Below are positions 25,173-38,900 of a stretch of DNA of 64,000 nt, piece after piece; position 1 is the first letter of the stretch, and each line of letters opens with the position of its first letter. Made by a program: the position numbers and the translations under genes. Under the pieces are notes generated by a model. It was not told where the DNA came from. It saw nothing but the letters and a program-made list of their open reading frames with translations, and searched no databases. This stretch comes from Macrostomum lignano (taxonomy: Eukaryota): contig NIVC01002752.1 in the NCBI GenBank assembly GCA_002269645.1, positions 1 to 64,000 of the forward strand. Reading direction: 5' to 3'.

Positions 25173-26669
25173 CTCTCAGTATTTTTGCTCTCCATCTGGT
25201 CACTCCTATTTGAAATACCGCAATCTCAATTCTCTCTCATCATAGGAGCATTGCTCCAATCTCGTCCATTCTTCCGTCCGCTCCCAACTCGCCCACAGCT
25301 TGAAGTTCTGCCTTCAAATAGCAGCAGCAGTTGGACACGCAATCTCCAGCCATTGATTCGCTCGCATGAAAACGCGATTGCCAAACTGCGCCAGCAGGTT
25401 GCGCAGATCTGCAGTTGCTGGGCCGCTAGGCAATGCAAACCTCGCCCGATTGTCTGATTTACGCTCGGACTTACGCATCCGGCTTGTGTGAAGTCTGGAC
25501 TGGCTAATCGTTAAACCTGATGCGCCATTCTACCCATTCTATAGCCCCAGCCAGCACAAGTTTCCACATACACTCCGCGCCTTGCCAAATCCACCCACCA
25601 AATTTATAGCCTCACCTCCCACCTTTCCCGGCATCTGACTATGGGCTGATGAGGAGGTCCTGCTGAATCATGCATCAGGAATTTTCTAATGTATAAATCT
25701 GCTGTTTCCGTTGCTTGTGTGTACAGTAAAGCAATTTCTCTTAAAAGGTAATAATTGAAACTATAAATTGAGAATCTTACTCAAATAAGGAGCTGATGAA
25801 GTGGATAGCATCTGACTAATCTGGGAATTTAATGTTCACTTCTTGTTGGCTCAGAGTAGCATCGCGTGAGAGGCTGGGGGGGGGGCAGAGACGGATAGAC
25901 GGGATGAGACAGTGAGGGAGGCTGAGCAGCTGCCACATCTCTTCTCCATAAAATAGGATGATGAAAAGTAAAGAGAAGAAGCGACAGTGCAAAGATTTCT
26001 GGAAGAGGAAGCGGAGGCATAGAGATGATGAGAAGAAGCTGCATGCAGTGCTCTCCGCACCGAGGAGGGGCGGCGGCGGAAAGTGGGACGGGTGCGGCTT
26101 ATCCAGAATCAGCGCACGGATTGTGTGTCACGGGCGCGTATAAAATCCGCTCGGATTATCCGACCACGGAAGTCTCAGCCGGTTCTGGGGGGGGGGGGGG
26201 AGGGAAGCAGAAATTAATTGGAACGGTAAGGAAGGAAGGAAGGAAAGAAGCGCGCCTTCTGGACATTTTGTCGGCAGTGGGTGGCTGGCTACGAATGCAA
26301 GAATTTCCACTATAGGATGAAAACTGCTTGCCAAAACACACGGCAAGGCGCTTCTAAAGGAAATGAAGGCGGGATATCCTTGTTTGATACGCGGACTAGA
26401 GATATTTCTGCACGGCTGAAATTGGCACTGACGATGTGACGATGACAGGCCCGAAACTGAACTCGAGACCAGACCGAAGTATCAGGATGAGGAGGAGGTT
26501 GGCTACCTTTCTTCAAGATTGAAATTATGCTTCGGCCGTTCCTGGTCTACAAATAGCTTACCTTGTTTTGATGCAGGGCAGATTTTTTAAATTAATATAT
26601 TGTATCATATTTTTATACATGTATCAGCGATTGATCAGAAACCTCGATTAGAAAAAGAATAGCAACCAA

Positions 26670-27345
26670 GTAGCAACCGGTTGGAAACCGAGAAAAAACC
26701 GGGTAGAAACCGGGTAGAAAACGGGTAGAAACCGGGTAGAAAACGGGTAGAAATCGGGCAGGAACCGGGTAGAAACGGGAAGAAACCAGGTAGGAACTGG
26801 GTAAAGACCAAGTAGAAACTGGGTAGAAACCGGATAGAAACCAGGTAGAAACCAGGTAAAAAGCAGGTAGAAACCAGGTAGAAACCAGGTAAAAAGCAGG
26901 TAGAAACCGGGTAGAAACCTAGGTAGAAACCAGGTAGAAACCAGGTAGAAACCGGGTAAAAACCTAGGTAGAAACCAGGTAGAAACCAGGTAAAACCAGG
27001 TAGAAACCAGGTAGAAAGCGGGTAGAAACCAGGTAGGAACTGGGTAGAGACCAGGGAGAAACCGGGTAGAAACCGGGTAGAAACGGGGTAGAAACCAGGT
27101 AGGAGCTGGTAGAGACCAGGTAGAAACCGGGTAGAAATCGGGTAGAAACCAGGTAGAAACCAAGGTAAAAGCCAGGTAGAAACCAGATAAAAACCAGGTA
27201 GAAACCAGGTAGGAGCTGGGTAGAAACCAGGTAGAAACCGGGTAGGAACCGGGTAGGAACCGGGTAGGAACCGGGTAGGAACCGGGTAGGAACCGGGTAG
27301 GAACCGGGTAGAAACCGGGTGGAAACTGCGGGTAGGAACCGGAGA
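26670..27345. repeat. Degenerate minisatellite, about 11-bp unit GTAGAAACC(A/G)G
   Basis: Direct periodicity. Confidence 0.93.
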
Positions 27346-28611
27346 AAACAGAGAATAAACAAATATGAAACGGGGTGAAAATCGGTTTATGCCTAGATTA
27401 AGTTAAAACCGGTACTCACCAATTCTTCAGGAAAAACGCTTTAATTCCCAATAGCTATCAGGCTGGCCAACAATCAGGAAGCACCCAAGTCGAGCTGAAC
27501 TCAAGCACTAAGAATGTCGCTGATACTCTGGCTACTATATTGAAGCGCTGCGAATGGCGGGCTAATTTTAAATAAAATAAATTTTGTCCTCGCCGCTCAG
27601 CTTCTATCGCATTCTAAGAAATAGCGCCTGCTTATCAGTGCAATTTATTCAAAGCTGATTTCTTATCATCCCGTGTACATTTGTTACTGCAATAACTGCC
27701 TTCTGTTTGCTGCATTCTGATTGGCCAGCAGCTGAGCCAATAAGAGGCGGCCCTGTCCTGGCAGTAGGGATTACTTGCAAGGTCATCATTTCGAAGTTAG
27801 AATGTAATTAACTTTGTAAGCTCGTGTCGTATTGAGTATTTGGGTCGAGTTTGGTCGAGTTGGGTCGAGTTTTTGGCACGGCACAGCTGGGGGTGCACGA
27901 TATAGGTAAGCAGCAGGACGAGCATCGATGACAAAGACATGCCTTATTCTAGAGGAATCAATGGTGACCATAAAGTTTGTTGATGACAAAAAGTACTTAC
28001 AGGACTGCAATTGGTGCTGTTTTGGTCACTAGAAAACTTGCACAGAAGCCCATGTGAACGCTCTATAATATAAATTTGCCCAACTGCCAGCCTTATTCTG
28101 TCAAGGCGGTTGTTTTTGTCAGTTAAGTCAATAAATGACCAGAGTGAATGAAGACTTGCGCGTTTACTGCTGAAAAATACCTGATTGATTGCTGAAGCCT
28201 TACAGGAGCAAAATTGATGATAGGCATTGGGAAAGCTCTTTGACTGATTGGATTCAGGCAAAACCGCTTTTGGAGAGAATCATCTTTTATCAGTTCGCCT
28301 CTTGTCTCTTGCGTCTGCACAAGCAGAAAGCACTTGTTTTTTCTGATTGAAGCCATTCACAGAGAAATCAAATCAAGAAAGAGGCTTGAAGAGAAGCTGC
28401 ATGGCGCTCAGAACCATCTCGAAAATTGTAATGATCAAATATGAACTATATAATATGGTAAATGATTTGAAAAGACGGTTTTCTTTCCCAGAGGCAATAA
28501 CCGATAAGATTTATATGTACTAATCATTCGACATTTAAACTTATCTCTGGAACCCACTACTTAATAATATGATTGTATTGTCAGTTAATTCTGTTGTTTC
28601 AAATGAAGTTT

Positions 28612-28885
28612 GCAGTGGGAAGTGTGCAGTTGAAAGTGTGCAGTGGGAAATGTGCAGTGGGAAGTGTGCAGTTGAAAGTGTGCAGTGGGAAGTGTGCAGT
28701 GGGAAGTGTGCAGTGGGAAGTGTGCAGTGGGAAATGTGCAGTGGGAAGTATGCAGTGGGAAGTGTGCAGGAGGAAGTGTGTAGTGGGAAATGTGCAGTGG
28801 GAAGTGTGCAGTGGGAAGTGTGCAGGAGGAAGTGTGTAGTGGGAAATGTGCAGTGGGAAGTTTGCAGTGGGAAATGTGCAGGAGG
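28612..28885. repeat. Minisatellite, 14-bp unit TGTGCAGTGGGAAG
   Basis: The 14-aa period in translation equals 3 x 14 nt. Confidence 0.93.
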
Positions 28886-30539
28886 AAGTGCGCCGGAAGT
28901 GGCATATTGGAAAAACACACAACAAGGGAATAATTTCAACACTTTCCAAGAAACGGAAGGGGAGCAGCGGCAGCAACCTAAGGATCAGGAAGGGCAGCAG
29001 GATAGAATGTGTGCTCTAATTGGGATACACAGGCAGATGGGGCCTCGCTCGCGTTGGCGGAACTGGCACAGGCCGCTGATTCAGAGAAGACAAATTAGAC
29101 TAGGACTCAGATGTGGGCAGAAAATAATTGAAACGAATGTCGCACAAAATAGTAAATTATGTATGAGCGCCAAGGGCCGCATAGACATTTCAAATCCGAA
29201 TTGTTGATAGCATCGAGTGCCCCACACAAGCTGCACTGGCAAGCGCGGATTCTGCCTCCCTTTTCCTTAGCGTCTGTCTCTAGGGACTGCCAGACGATGA
29301 GAGGCAGAAATTCCTTCATAAGGGAACAAAGAACGTAGCGGGAATCTTTAAATAAGCCTTGTGCTCTTATTTCCCCTTCTTTGGAAGTTCCTCTTTGACA
29401 AGGTCGCAGGGGAGATGTCGCTGATTACAGACCCTTTGACTACCTACAGAAATTACCCTACAGTCGTCCCTGATTAGGAAAATTCGAGGCAGGTGATAAG
29501 AAGGCAAATTTCCTACTAATAGCCTACTAATTATTACCCTAAAAATACCTAAGCTTTAATTTGCAAACTGTCGGAGCATTTCATCAATTTAGCTCATAAA
29601 GACACTACTATACGTGTCAAGTTCCTGGTAGAATGGCATGGTCATCAATACAATTAGACCACATAGCATGCAGTGCAATTGCATAGAAGCGATAATGACG
29701 CTCATTTGAGAAAATCTCGCTAAACTATGAGCTAGAATTTGCAAATAAGCAATTTTGCTTTGAGCCTAACGATACGAACGCTATCCTCATCCAATCCAAT
29801 AGGGTTTTCTGTATTGGGCAGTAATTATTTACCTCATATATTCATGCATTGTTAAGTTCCGCCGTCTGTTCCACATTTCCTATAGCTCATGCACTAGTAA
29901 CTGCTGGCATTGCTAACTGACAAGTTGGAGGGGCCAAGTTTTTGACGCGCTCTTGTTCTGCGATAAGGACAAAGCTAGTTTAGTCTCGGCCTGAGCGACT
30001 TATTCAATTTAGACCACCGTCATGCACACAGTGCTCATTTATTATTGAGAAGAGCCTGTCACAGATGTCTGGCTGCCAATTATCGAGAAAGAGACGGCCT
30101 GACACATCTTTCCGACTGTATACTGTGGCTCAACTTGTTCGGGTACTTTAGCAACATTATTTACAGTGCTTATCGCCTCCCGCTGCCAGGTTGATGCAAG
30201 CCTGTAGCTACAGACCGAGCTGCCTGACTCATAACTCGCCAATTTAATCCTTGAATTTAAGCTTGAGCCTTGTCATTGCAATTTAAAGGCCGATCATGAT
30301 CGAAAACCGTGTAGGTCAACTGACGTTAAAATGTTTATGAGGTGTCTTGCTTGATTCATGTAGACCAGGACCCGGATGGGACTATGACTAAATAGGAATA
30401 CAAATAAGACGTTCAGACCCCGAGGAGTCTAGCATTCACACACTCGCTGAAGAGTTGGGAGGAGCAGTAAGAGGCAGTCGAAGGGGTCAGTCCAATGGGC
30501 TGGCCTGGAGGTCAAGCTTAGTCAGGCTAGTCAGAAGTG

Positions 30540-31420
30540 TCAGATTTAGCGCTTTTCATCGCCTCAGTTGGTTGGTTGGTGTAGAAGAACCGTAGCGGGA
30601 GAGTTGGCTTCGCCTCGTTTGTGATGTCTGAGGACGTCGCCAATTGGGAGTGACAGGCGCCTGCGCCAAAAGATCGCACTGAGAGGCAGGGCGCCAGTTT
30701 GCCTCGCAAGCTCACAGTTTGAGATAGTCGCAGAGTAGCGAATGCCAATTGCATAGCGTAAGCAGCGCTCTGTGCGTAGCGTCGAGGCTTCTTTCTTGAG
30801 AGTTGGTCATCGGCACCAATTCCAGGCTGTACAGGAGGATTGATTCAACGGCGGCCTGGAAGATCCTCATCTTCAAAAGGTCAGTGGCAGCGGAGAATAC
30901 CGGGCGCGTCGTGGGCACCGATGGCATCCGGAGCCATAATAGGAGAGTCGAGGTAGAGGAAGTTCTGGTAGACCGCGATAGGTTCACCGTTGGGCAGCCG
31001 GAGTGACGTCATGCAGTCTCCAGATGGAGAACCTCTGTCTTGCTAGCATGGACCAAATGACCACCAGTCAAATTCGAGCAACCCCCTACACCATCTGGTG
31101 AGGTAGCGATGAGTTGGCACCAGGATCCTTGCAGGCCGGCGAAGGTGAGAGCGCCAAGGAGTGATGACGAGGGGCCAGAACGTAGCCATGGTTCTTTTGC
31201 AGCGTCAGCCGAAGGATGTATGTCGACGACCAGAATAAAAAGAGAAGTAACCAGCGTGTCACCTGATAGGACACTAAAAGTAGTTGTGATGAGCCGTCGA
31301 GACTTGCGTTGGGCCTTCGGCAGTCTTGACTAAAGCGCCTTGTAGAGGTCGGTGACAGCGGTGTTGAGGGCGTAGCCGACTTCGAAGGGTTGATGCTACT
31401 GTACATGTAGCTTATTGATT
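30540..31420 (-). mobile_element. Decayed RTE-like non-LTR retrotransposon fragment (RT C-terminal half)
   Basis: Minus-strand remnants TTFSVLSGDTL (degenerate GVxQGDTL), LPNGEPIAVYQNFLYL (FxYLG region) and RIFQAAVESILLYS, with stops and frameshifts. Confidence 0.72.
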
Positions 31421-33159
31421 TTATTTGTTGTAGTTTGTAGTTGTGTACTGAGACCAAGGTTTGCCGTAAGGAAAGTCTTGTAGTCTGAGTCCCTCTACCT
31501 GCTGCGGCGCCAAGATAATTGCTAACAACATCGATACTCGAAATAATGTAAATGTTGGAATTTGGTCATGTACATACGTAGAATTCTTGGCTTCGCCCCC
31601 ACCACCATAAAATCTATGACGACGCCCCTGCGTACATGCATCCGATAAACTTGTAGGGGTGAATCTGGTAAGCATGCAGGCTTAGTGTAAAGCATGTAAG
31701 AAGGCACTTGATCGCGGTCAAACGTCGGGCTCCCATCTATATCCATGCACGTCGAACAACTGTCCAACATCATAAACACGTGCATCGGGTGTAGCCATTC
31801 TTTCTAGATCCATTGCACACAATTGGGCATTAGCACTCGCGACAGAGTGCATTTACATGTAACCGAAGCGCATCAGTGATCAGACATGAGTAGAGAAGGG
31901 AAGTTCTAGAAAGGAACCGGAATGATTTTTAATCATATTCGTGAGCAAGGGGAACTTCTTCCTAAAATCACGATTTTGATCCAGGCCAATACTGCCGATC
32001 AGGGTGTGCGGAAATTGTATGAAGCGAGCCGAGGTCATGCAGACTCATAATTGTCGCTAATTTTTGCCGTGACTAGCTACTAGTGTATGTACATGTATAG
32101 GGCCCCGTGTTGGCGGGAAGTCGATTTTAATTGCTTTTTCTATCACACGGAGCTGTCGTTGGCCTGGTACGCTAGAAAATCTCTAATCAGAAGCTTCATG
32201 CAGCTACAAAAGGCCTATAACAACACCCGTAGTGAAATGCGTTTGAAAATTCGAAAATTCATCCACATTTTGGTAACCGACACGGCATTTTCACTGCTTC
32301 AAAGAGTATGAATTGTATGTGCGTAACATATCCTACGGGAGTACACGAGTACTTTACTATGGAGCTAGATACTAATTTTTACTTTGTACTTTGTCGATGC
32401 ACAAAGCTTTTACTTTTTGTTGAACAAAGCTAAAAAGAACGAATCGATCGTGAAAAATTCATACAGTTTATAATGCGCTGTAGCTTTAAATAAATATGCT
32501 CGTACATGCATGTACATCATGGATATATGTACTAATTAATAAGCATGATATTGTATTGTATTTTAAATGATCGAATTTGTATCCATGGGCATTTTCGTTA
32601 CATTCATTACATGTATACTATATACCAGGGGCGTAATAGCCAGGCCTGGCGGGGGATTTTTTTTACTGCCGTTGTATTTCGCTTTCACGCTAACATCGGA
32701 GATGGGACTGATGTCTCTGTCTCCCCCTTGACGTGAATCCTGCATGGCCATGCGCCTGATGTACGGGCGCGCGTACGATCGAGCAATTCATGTACTGTAA
32801 ATGCAGGAACGCATTCGTTATAATACACGCTCACTCAAAGTGTACACAGGGGCCCTGATTATCGAATTTTAGGGTTAATATACGGTATTGTGGTTTGGCC
32901 CTCATGAGTGTGCATCGCACGAGAGGGATTTCTTATTAGATGTCAAGGCCGCAAGGTCGTCAGGATTAGCTACGAGTACGTACAATCGTACATGTAGTTT
33001 TTATTCCAAAATTTGTATTCCAATTTTTGTTGGCTTCCCAAGGGGGGCGCTGATTGCTAGTTCTAACTAACTTTGAGGCAAGGCTTGCATAATTTGCATT
33101 TGCAGAAAAGACCACAATACAGCGATACTAGCTAGATTACATGTATAATATTTTATACG

Positions 33160-34785
33160 TGAGGTGGCCTCGTGGTCCCCGGTGCCACCCGGCGGATCCA
33201 TAGCCCAGTCACCACTGAGGACGTTGTGCTGTTCGCTCGGAAAACATAAGGCCGCAAGGCGCTCGGCCCCGACGAAGTTCCGGTCGAAGCGCTGCGGCTC
33301 CGCTGTGTGGCCTCCCAGGTCACAGGCGTCTTGAACTGCGTGCTTGCCAGCGCCCCCGCGCCCACCGAGTGGACCGTCGCGCACATCGTGCCGATCCCGA
33401 AGAAGGTAGGGACAACGCGGAAAGAAGACCACCGCGGGATCTCGCTGATGTCCTGCGACGCAAAGCTCTTCATCCGGCTGCTGCTCGATCGTCTGCAGTC
33501 GGTGCTGGCTGGACCCGTACCTGCGGTACGAGCAGAACGGATTCCGGCCGCAACGCAGTACAGTAACACAGGTCCTCGCACTCCATCATCGAGGAGGCGC
33601 GCATCCGCCAGTCTACGCTGATCATTGTCTTCGTTGACTTTCGAAAGGCGGTTGACTCGGTGTTAAGAGCCGCGCTTCCCTTTGTCCCTCGAGCCTACCG
33701 GGTCCCCCAGCAGCTAATTGACGCCGTCATGTCTCTGTATCGTGACACTCGAGCTCCTGTGGTGACGGCGGACGGCCTGTTTGACCTGTTCGATACTTCA
33801 TCAGGAGTTCTGCTGAGCGACACGCTAGCGCCGTTCCTTTTCGTGCTGCTGCTGGACTGGGTGCTTCGGACCGAATTCCCCTCGCGGTCGGCTGACGACG
33901 GCTTCCTGCTACGCAGAGGCATCGGTCACCGTCATGGCGAAAAGCGCCTGAGCGTGCTTGGCTACGCCGACAAACTCGCTCTCCTGTCCTCGTCCGTTGA
34001 AGGCGCCTAGAGCCAGATCGACAGGCTGGTCGAGGTGGCATCGAGCGTCGGTCTGGTTGTCACCATGCACGCTGAAGACCAAGGTGCTGACTGTGCCGGC
34101 CGACATCACAGTGGACCTGACGTGCCCCGGCGCAGATAGGCAAACTACCACGCTCGCACGCTGCCAGCGGTTCCCCTACCTTGGCGGTCTGGTGCCTCAC
34201 CGGAAGACCTCCGGCGACGCAGAGAACTTGCCTAGGCGGCCTTCCGTTCGATCCTGGCCGTCGTCCAGCCCGAAGCGCTGCCCGACCACCAGAGGGCTCG
34301 GCTGTGGCAGGCAGTGGTCGAAACCCTCCTGCTATACAACGCCGAGACGTGGACGCTAACGGCTACGTTGGAGCAGCAGTTAGACTCGGTGCACTCAGGG
34401 CTGCTCCGAGCGGCCTTTCGAGCTGACGCTCGAGAGGTCTACATATACGATCGGGCCAAGCTGCAGCGCCCGTCCATCATCCTGCGCCGGCGGCGACTTC
34501 AACTGGCGGGCCACGTGATGCGGGCCGAGAGCTACTGCCTCCAACCTGTTCAGGACGTTGTGCTGCTCACCTTGCAGGGCCCGTTCAGGCGGGGTCAGGC
34601 CCAAACCCGTCGATACGTGGACTGCCTTCGACGCGACGCCGGGGCGCCCGACACTGCTAACGGGGCGGACTTCGTCCGCTCTCAGGCTCTGCGGCACGCC
34701 ATCTGACGCACGCTGCTCTAACTGTGACTTTGCATGCGGGGCTGCGTACCTAATTGTTGTTTGTTGTTATGTATAAAATAATACG
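33160..34785 (+). mobile_element. 5'-truncated, inactivated RTE-like non-LTR retrotransposon (reverse transcriptase pseudogene)
   Basis: RT blocks across shifting frames: KALGPDEVP, IVPIPKK, HRGISLMS, FVDFRKAVDSV, SGVLLSDTLAPFLF, LGYADKLALL, FPYLG, VETLLLYNAETW, RRRLQLAGHV. GC-rich island ending in a TTG/TA-rich tail. Confidence 0.88.
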
Positions 34786-35916
34786 TGTAGATGCCGACGA
34801 TTCATTGGAAGAAATTAATTGGAAGAATTCTTTACTAAGAATGAAAAGTTACTATATATTTTCTTAGTGCACTTTTAGCGCAAAAACCCAAAACTTTTTG
34901 TAGTTTCAAGTGTATCCGGACCTTGATATGATTTATACTTTGCATAAATAAGATTAAATCTGTCTTAGATACTACCCGATGACTAATTGTGTAGTAGCTA
35001 GAGTATTCACATAGCCGTTTCCATGGGCAAGCAAAATACATACGCAAGGGCAGGCCTATCAGACTTCAGATTGATTCAAATGTACAACTGATTGTAATTG
35101 TAATTTTTTAAGTGACAGAGAAAAAAATCCGTATATTATCTCTTATTATATAGATGTAAAACGATTCTAAGCTGCATATTGAAAGTACTACGTGTATTAG
35201 TAGCACAAACAATTGCGAAGCTCAGACCGAGACGTCAAACTATCCGAATTAAAAATGATGAAAAAAGAAATAGCTAAGAAAATGAAAAGTAAATATGAAT
35301 AGATAAATTAATCAACAAAAACGGTGTTGCCTTAACTCGCACTATCCGCAATTGTATGACACAACGGGCTTAAGCAATGAACACTTGTTCAGGAGAATTA
35401 CGCAGTTAATGCAGTATTGTTGATCATAAGAAGAAGATTTAGGTATTTAAAAATTGATAGCATATGCTTTTAACTTGAACTATTTAATTAAACTTGGATA
35501 GCATAAAGCACAATTTAATGTTTTGTTATAAATATTTGTCTTTCAAAAGTCTTTTTATTGCACTGTCGACTGACTCCCCAAAAATGTTCTGACTACTTTC
35601 GATCTTGTAATAAGTTACTCCTATCTCTTACTTAAAGTATTAGTTCGTTTTTACTGTTTCGATAGTGCTCAGACATCAACTGAGCATGGAAGCCGTTTTA
35701 TGGACTGACCAGACCTAGAATTTTGTGTTGCATTAAGAAGACAACCAAAATCTTTACTATAATTCCTTTAGTACCAAATCGAGGAATAACCTGAAATTGA
35801 AAAAGCTTTTCTTTCGCCCATCGTCTGCGTCTAAACAGATTCACCTATGTGTACTTAATTAGCGTAATAAATAAACTTTTGGATTCAATTAGGCCTAGTA
35901 AATCGAATTTGCAGAA

Positions 35917-38900
35917 ATGGATGATATCAGAAACATGCAGCGCCGGACACATCGTAAGTAACGTTTCCAAACAAAGTAGGGGGCTAAATTTTGTGAAAGT
36001 ATTAAAAGAGTTTTTTCTACAGTTTTCTATTTATCATCTCTAACGTCTTGCTTCTATCTTGTCAATCAAGTCTAAATGTGTAGTGAGGGTTTGCTTTTTG
36101 GCTTAATTGAGTTATTTGCACATTTGCAGTAACTGGCCTGCTCACAAGCAACACATCTTGTTTGGTAAAAACATGGCTACTTGCCCCATGGAATAGTCAT
36201 AGGAATAGAATGTTTGTTAGTCTGCCTAAGCCATAACCTAAATATATGTGATTAAAATATATTTTAATAAAGTATACTAGTATAGAATAAAATAAATGCT
36301 AGAGAACTAAGAGTTTTTGTTAAATTGAAGAATGAGTTGTTAAGTTCTGTCTATAGTCAGGTAGGTGTCCTGTAGGGTACCCATCTTGTACATCAGAATT
36401 TTTTAGCATGCATTAGGCCTAGCCTTTCATAGTTTATTGGCATACATTTTTAGCATGCTTGAATCTTAAAAAGTTATATTTGAAATACAAAAAGAGGTAA
36501 AAAGCAATTAGAAAAAAACAAATATCTTCTAGTTTCTAGGCTATAATAAAAAGTAGAACACTTCAAGGAAAAAAGTAAGTGATTAAAAGGTAACAGGAAT
36601 ACAAAAAAATTAATTGCATGTGATAATGCTATATTATAGAATTAGGCCGTAGGGACTCCAGTGAGATTACTATAAGCTGATAGTTACACAAAAACCTAAA
36701 ATAGTGTTATTTTTTTAATGAAATTGCTAAGCATAGAGAATGTTTTAAGTAAAAACAAACTATACATGTTAAAGAAAAGTTTATACTTGTTCATATTAGA
36801 TAAAAAAACAAATATATATATAGTTCATGCCAAGTAGTGTCCCATTGAACTTTGTCTTTTTTGTATATACTTGTTTTGTTGCCACAAAAAGTGACTTTGG
36901 AAAGTTAGTTTTTTTGTTAGAAAGCAAGTATTTTAACAGAAAATAACTTTTTGTGATATAAGCAAATATATTTAGTAACTTTTTTTAATATCCTAATATT
37001 TTTTTCTTTTTTTCTTATTTAGTTTGTGTAAAAAATAAAGTTGAATAAAAATTGTGCCTACATTTCTGAAGTTTAGTAAAACCCAAAAAATGAATGCTAC
37101 TCCAAAATGTGATTACATTAAACAATTACATTCTAACAATAATTTCCAGATTATTATTTTATTGCATTTAATAGAAAAACATATAAGAATTCTTCACAGC
37201 ACTTTTTTGCATGCATCTGCCAAGGAGCAGCAGCAGTTTGCTATTTTAGTAGCTACATTACTTATTGTTATTAAACAAATGGTCTAAAAGTGCTAGACCT
37301 TGGATCAGCCCAAGGGGCTCTGCTGATTTATTTTTATTATTCAGTGTTAATTAGTTTGACAATAGATTAAATAATTTTTTAATCAAGCTAATATTTACAT
37401 TTGGGAGTATAAAACATTGCACTTAAAATAGAGAGACAATCTAGATAGAGAGGGTCCTCACAAAGATCTGGACCAATACAGAGTAGTGGATGCAATATTT
37501 TGACAGTTAAAAAATAGAAAATTAAAAATATTGGCATTCATTGAGTCAATTAATTGAATAAAAATATTGGGTAAATGTAAAAAGGACTACTGTAAGTAGC
37601 AGCTTGTTGAGCAAAAAAAATTAGTTGGGGGTAATGCATAGTTTAAAGGTAAAAACCATAAATAAAAGCATATTGGAGAGTAAAAATAGCATATTATTGA
37701 AGTGTAAAAAAGACAAAAGCTGAGTAAAAATGCATTTGGCCTGGATACAAAAAGGCAACGTGTAAATATAGGATTATAAAAAAGAAAGCAGTGTAAAATA
37801 TAGAAAGAATAAAGCAGCTCATTATAGGAGATGATCACAGGTTAGCAAATAGTTTTATCCTAGATCAGCCTCTGTCTACTAACTGAATCACGGGCCCTAT
37901 CCCAACCAGCCAAGCACTTGTCATGTTTCTATATTTAGCAGTATATTTGTTTAAATTTAATTATGCTGCGCTGACATATGACTAATGCTAGGAGAGAGGG
38001 GAGAAGAATCAAAGATGAGAAGCAAGCATTTTTTGGATTTTTTGAATACTGAAGATCAGGGAGAGGTGAAGAGGAATTAAGATAGTAGAGGGGAGGGGAA
38101 GCCGATGACTTTGCATGTGCAGCTATTTAGGGCTTTAAAGAGGGTTAGCTTAGGGCAGGTTGTTGGCCACTTGGGCCGCCGCATTAATGGCAGCTAATCT
38201 GTTTGCATGTCTCCTTCTCAGGCTATCCCATAAGAGGTTCAGCACTGGAGGACAATTTCGGGCTGCCCTAGGGAGCTACACTACTTACATACTACTTATA
38301 AAAATGTGGGTTATTATAGCTTTTCTTAACCAAAAAGGAGTTTTACCACTGCAAATTTGTTTTAGAGGTAAAATAATTCAAATAAATGTATTATTCAGCT
38401 TATTATTGAGCTATTGCAATTGCAATCCCAACAAGTGACCCCTTAAATGCAAATAACCTTGGCCTGCGATGCAAACTTTGATAAAATGAACTGAGTTTCA
38501 TAAGAAATGGTGTCTATTCAATTTTTATGTTTAATAAGCAACTTCACAATATACAATTTTAAGTATAATATATTTTTAAATACTTCTTTATTCTTTTGCA
38601 GATATGAATGTTCAACTGCAGCTTTACTTATAGTATACAATTTTACAATGACAATAAGAATAAGCTTAATACAAAAAATATACAAGACAATAGTGGCAAT
38701 AGGTCTGAGGTGCTAGCATCATTTAAAGGCCAGTCAGGATATCTTGCCATATCTTTATATGCCATTATAATATCTATTGAATAAAATAAATTAGGTCTTT
38801 GTTTAAGCCAAGCAAACATTTATACATGCAGATAGCCAGAATTCTTACTTTTTAAAAAAACTTGAAAAATTCACAATTACACTGGATATAAACCAGCACC

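Noticed and set aside
28123-28445. Short coding-looking stretches (MASIRKNK... on minus; LIEAIHREIKSRKRLEEK... on plus) and 25246-25457
   Set aside because: No recognisable family, and I could not build a consistent multi-exon gene model.
31600-33060. hAT-like ends ACGCCCCTG (about 31622) and CAGGGGCGT (about 32626)
   Set aside because: They face outward and cannot delimit one element; treated as unclassifiable TE debris.
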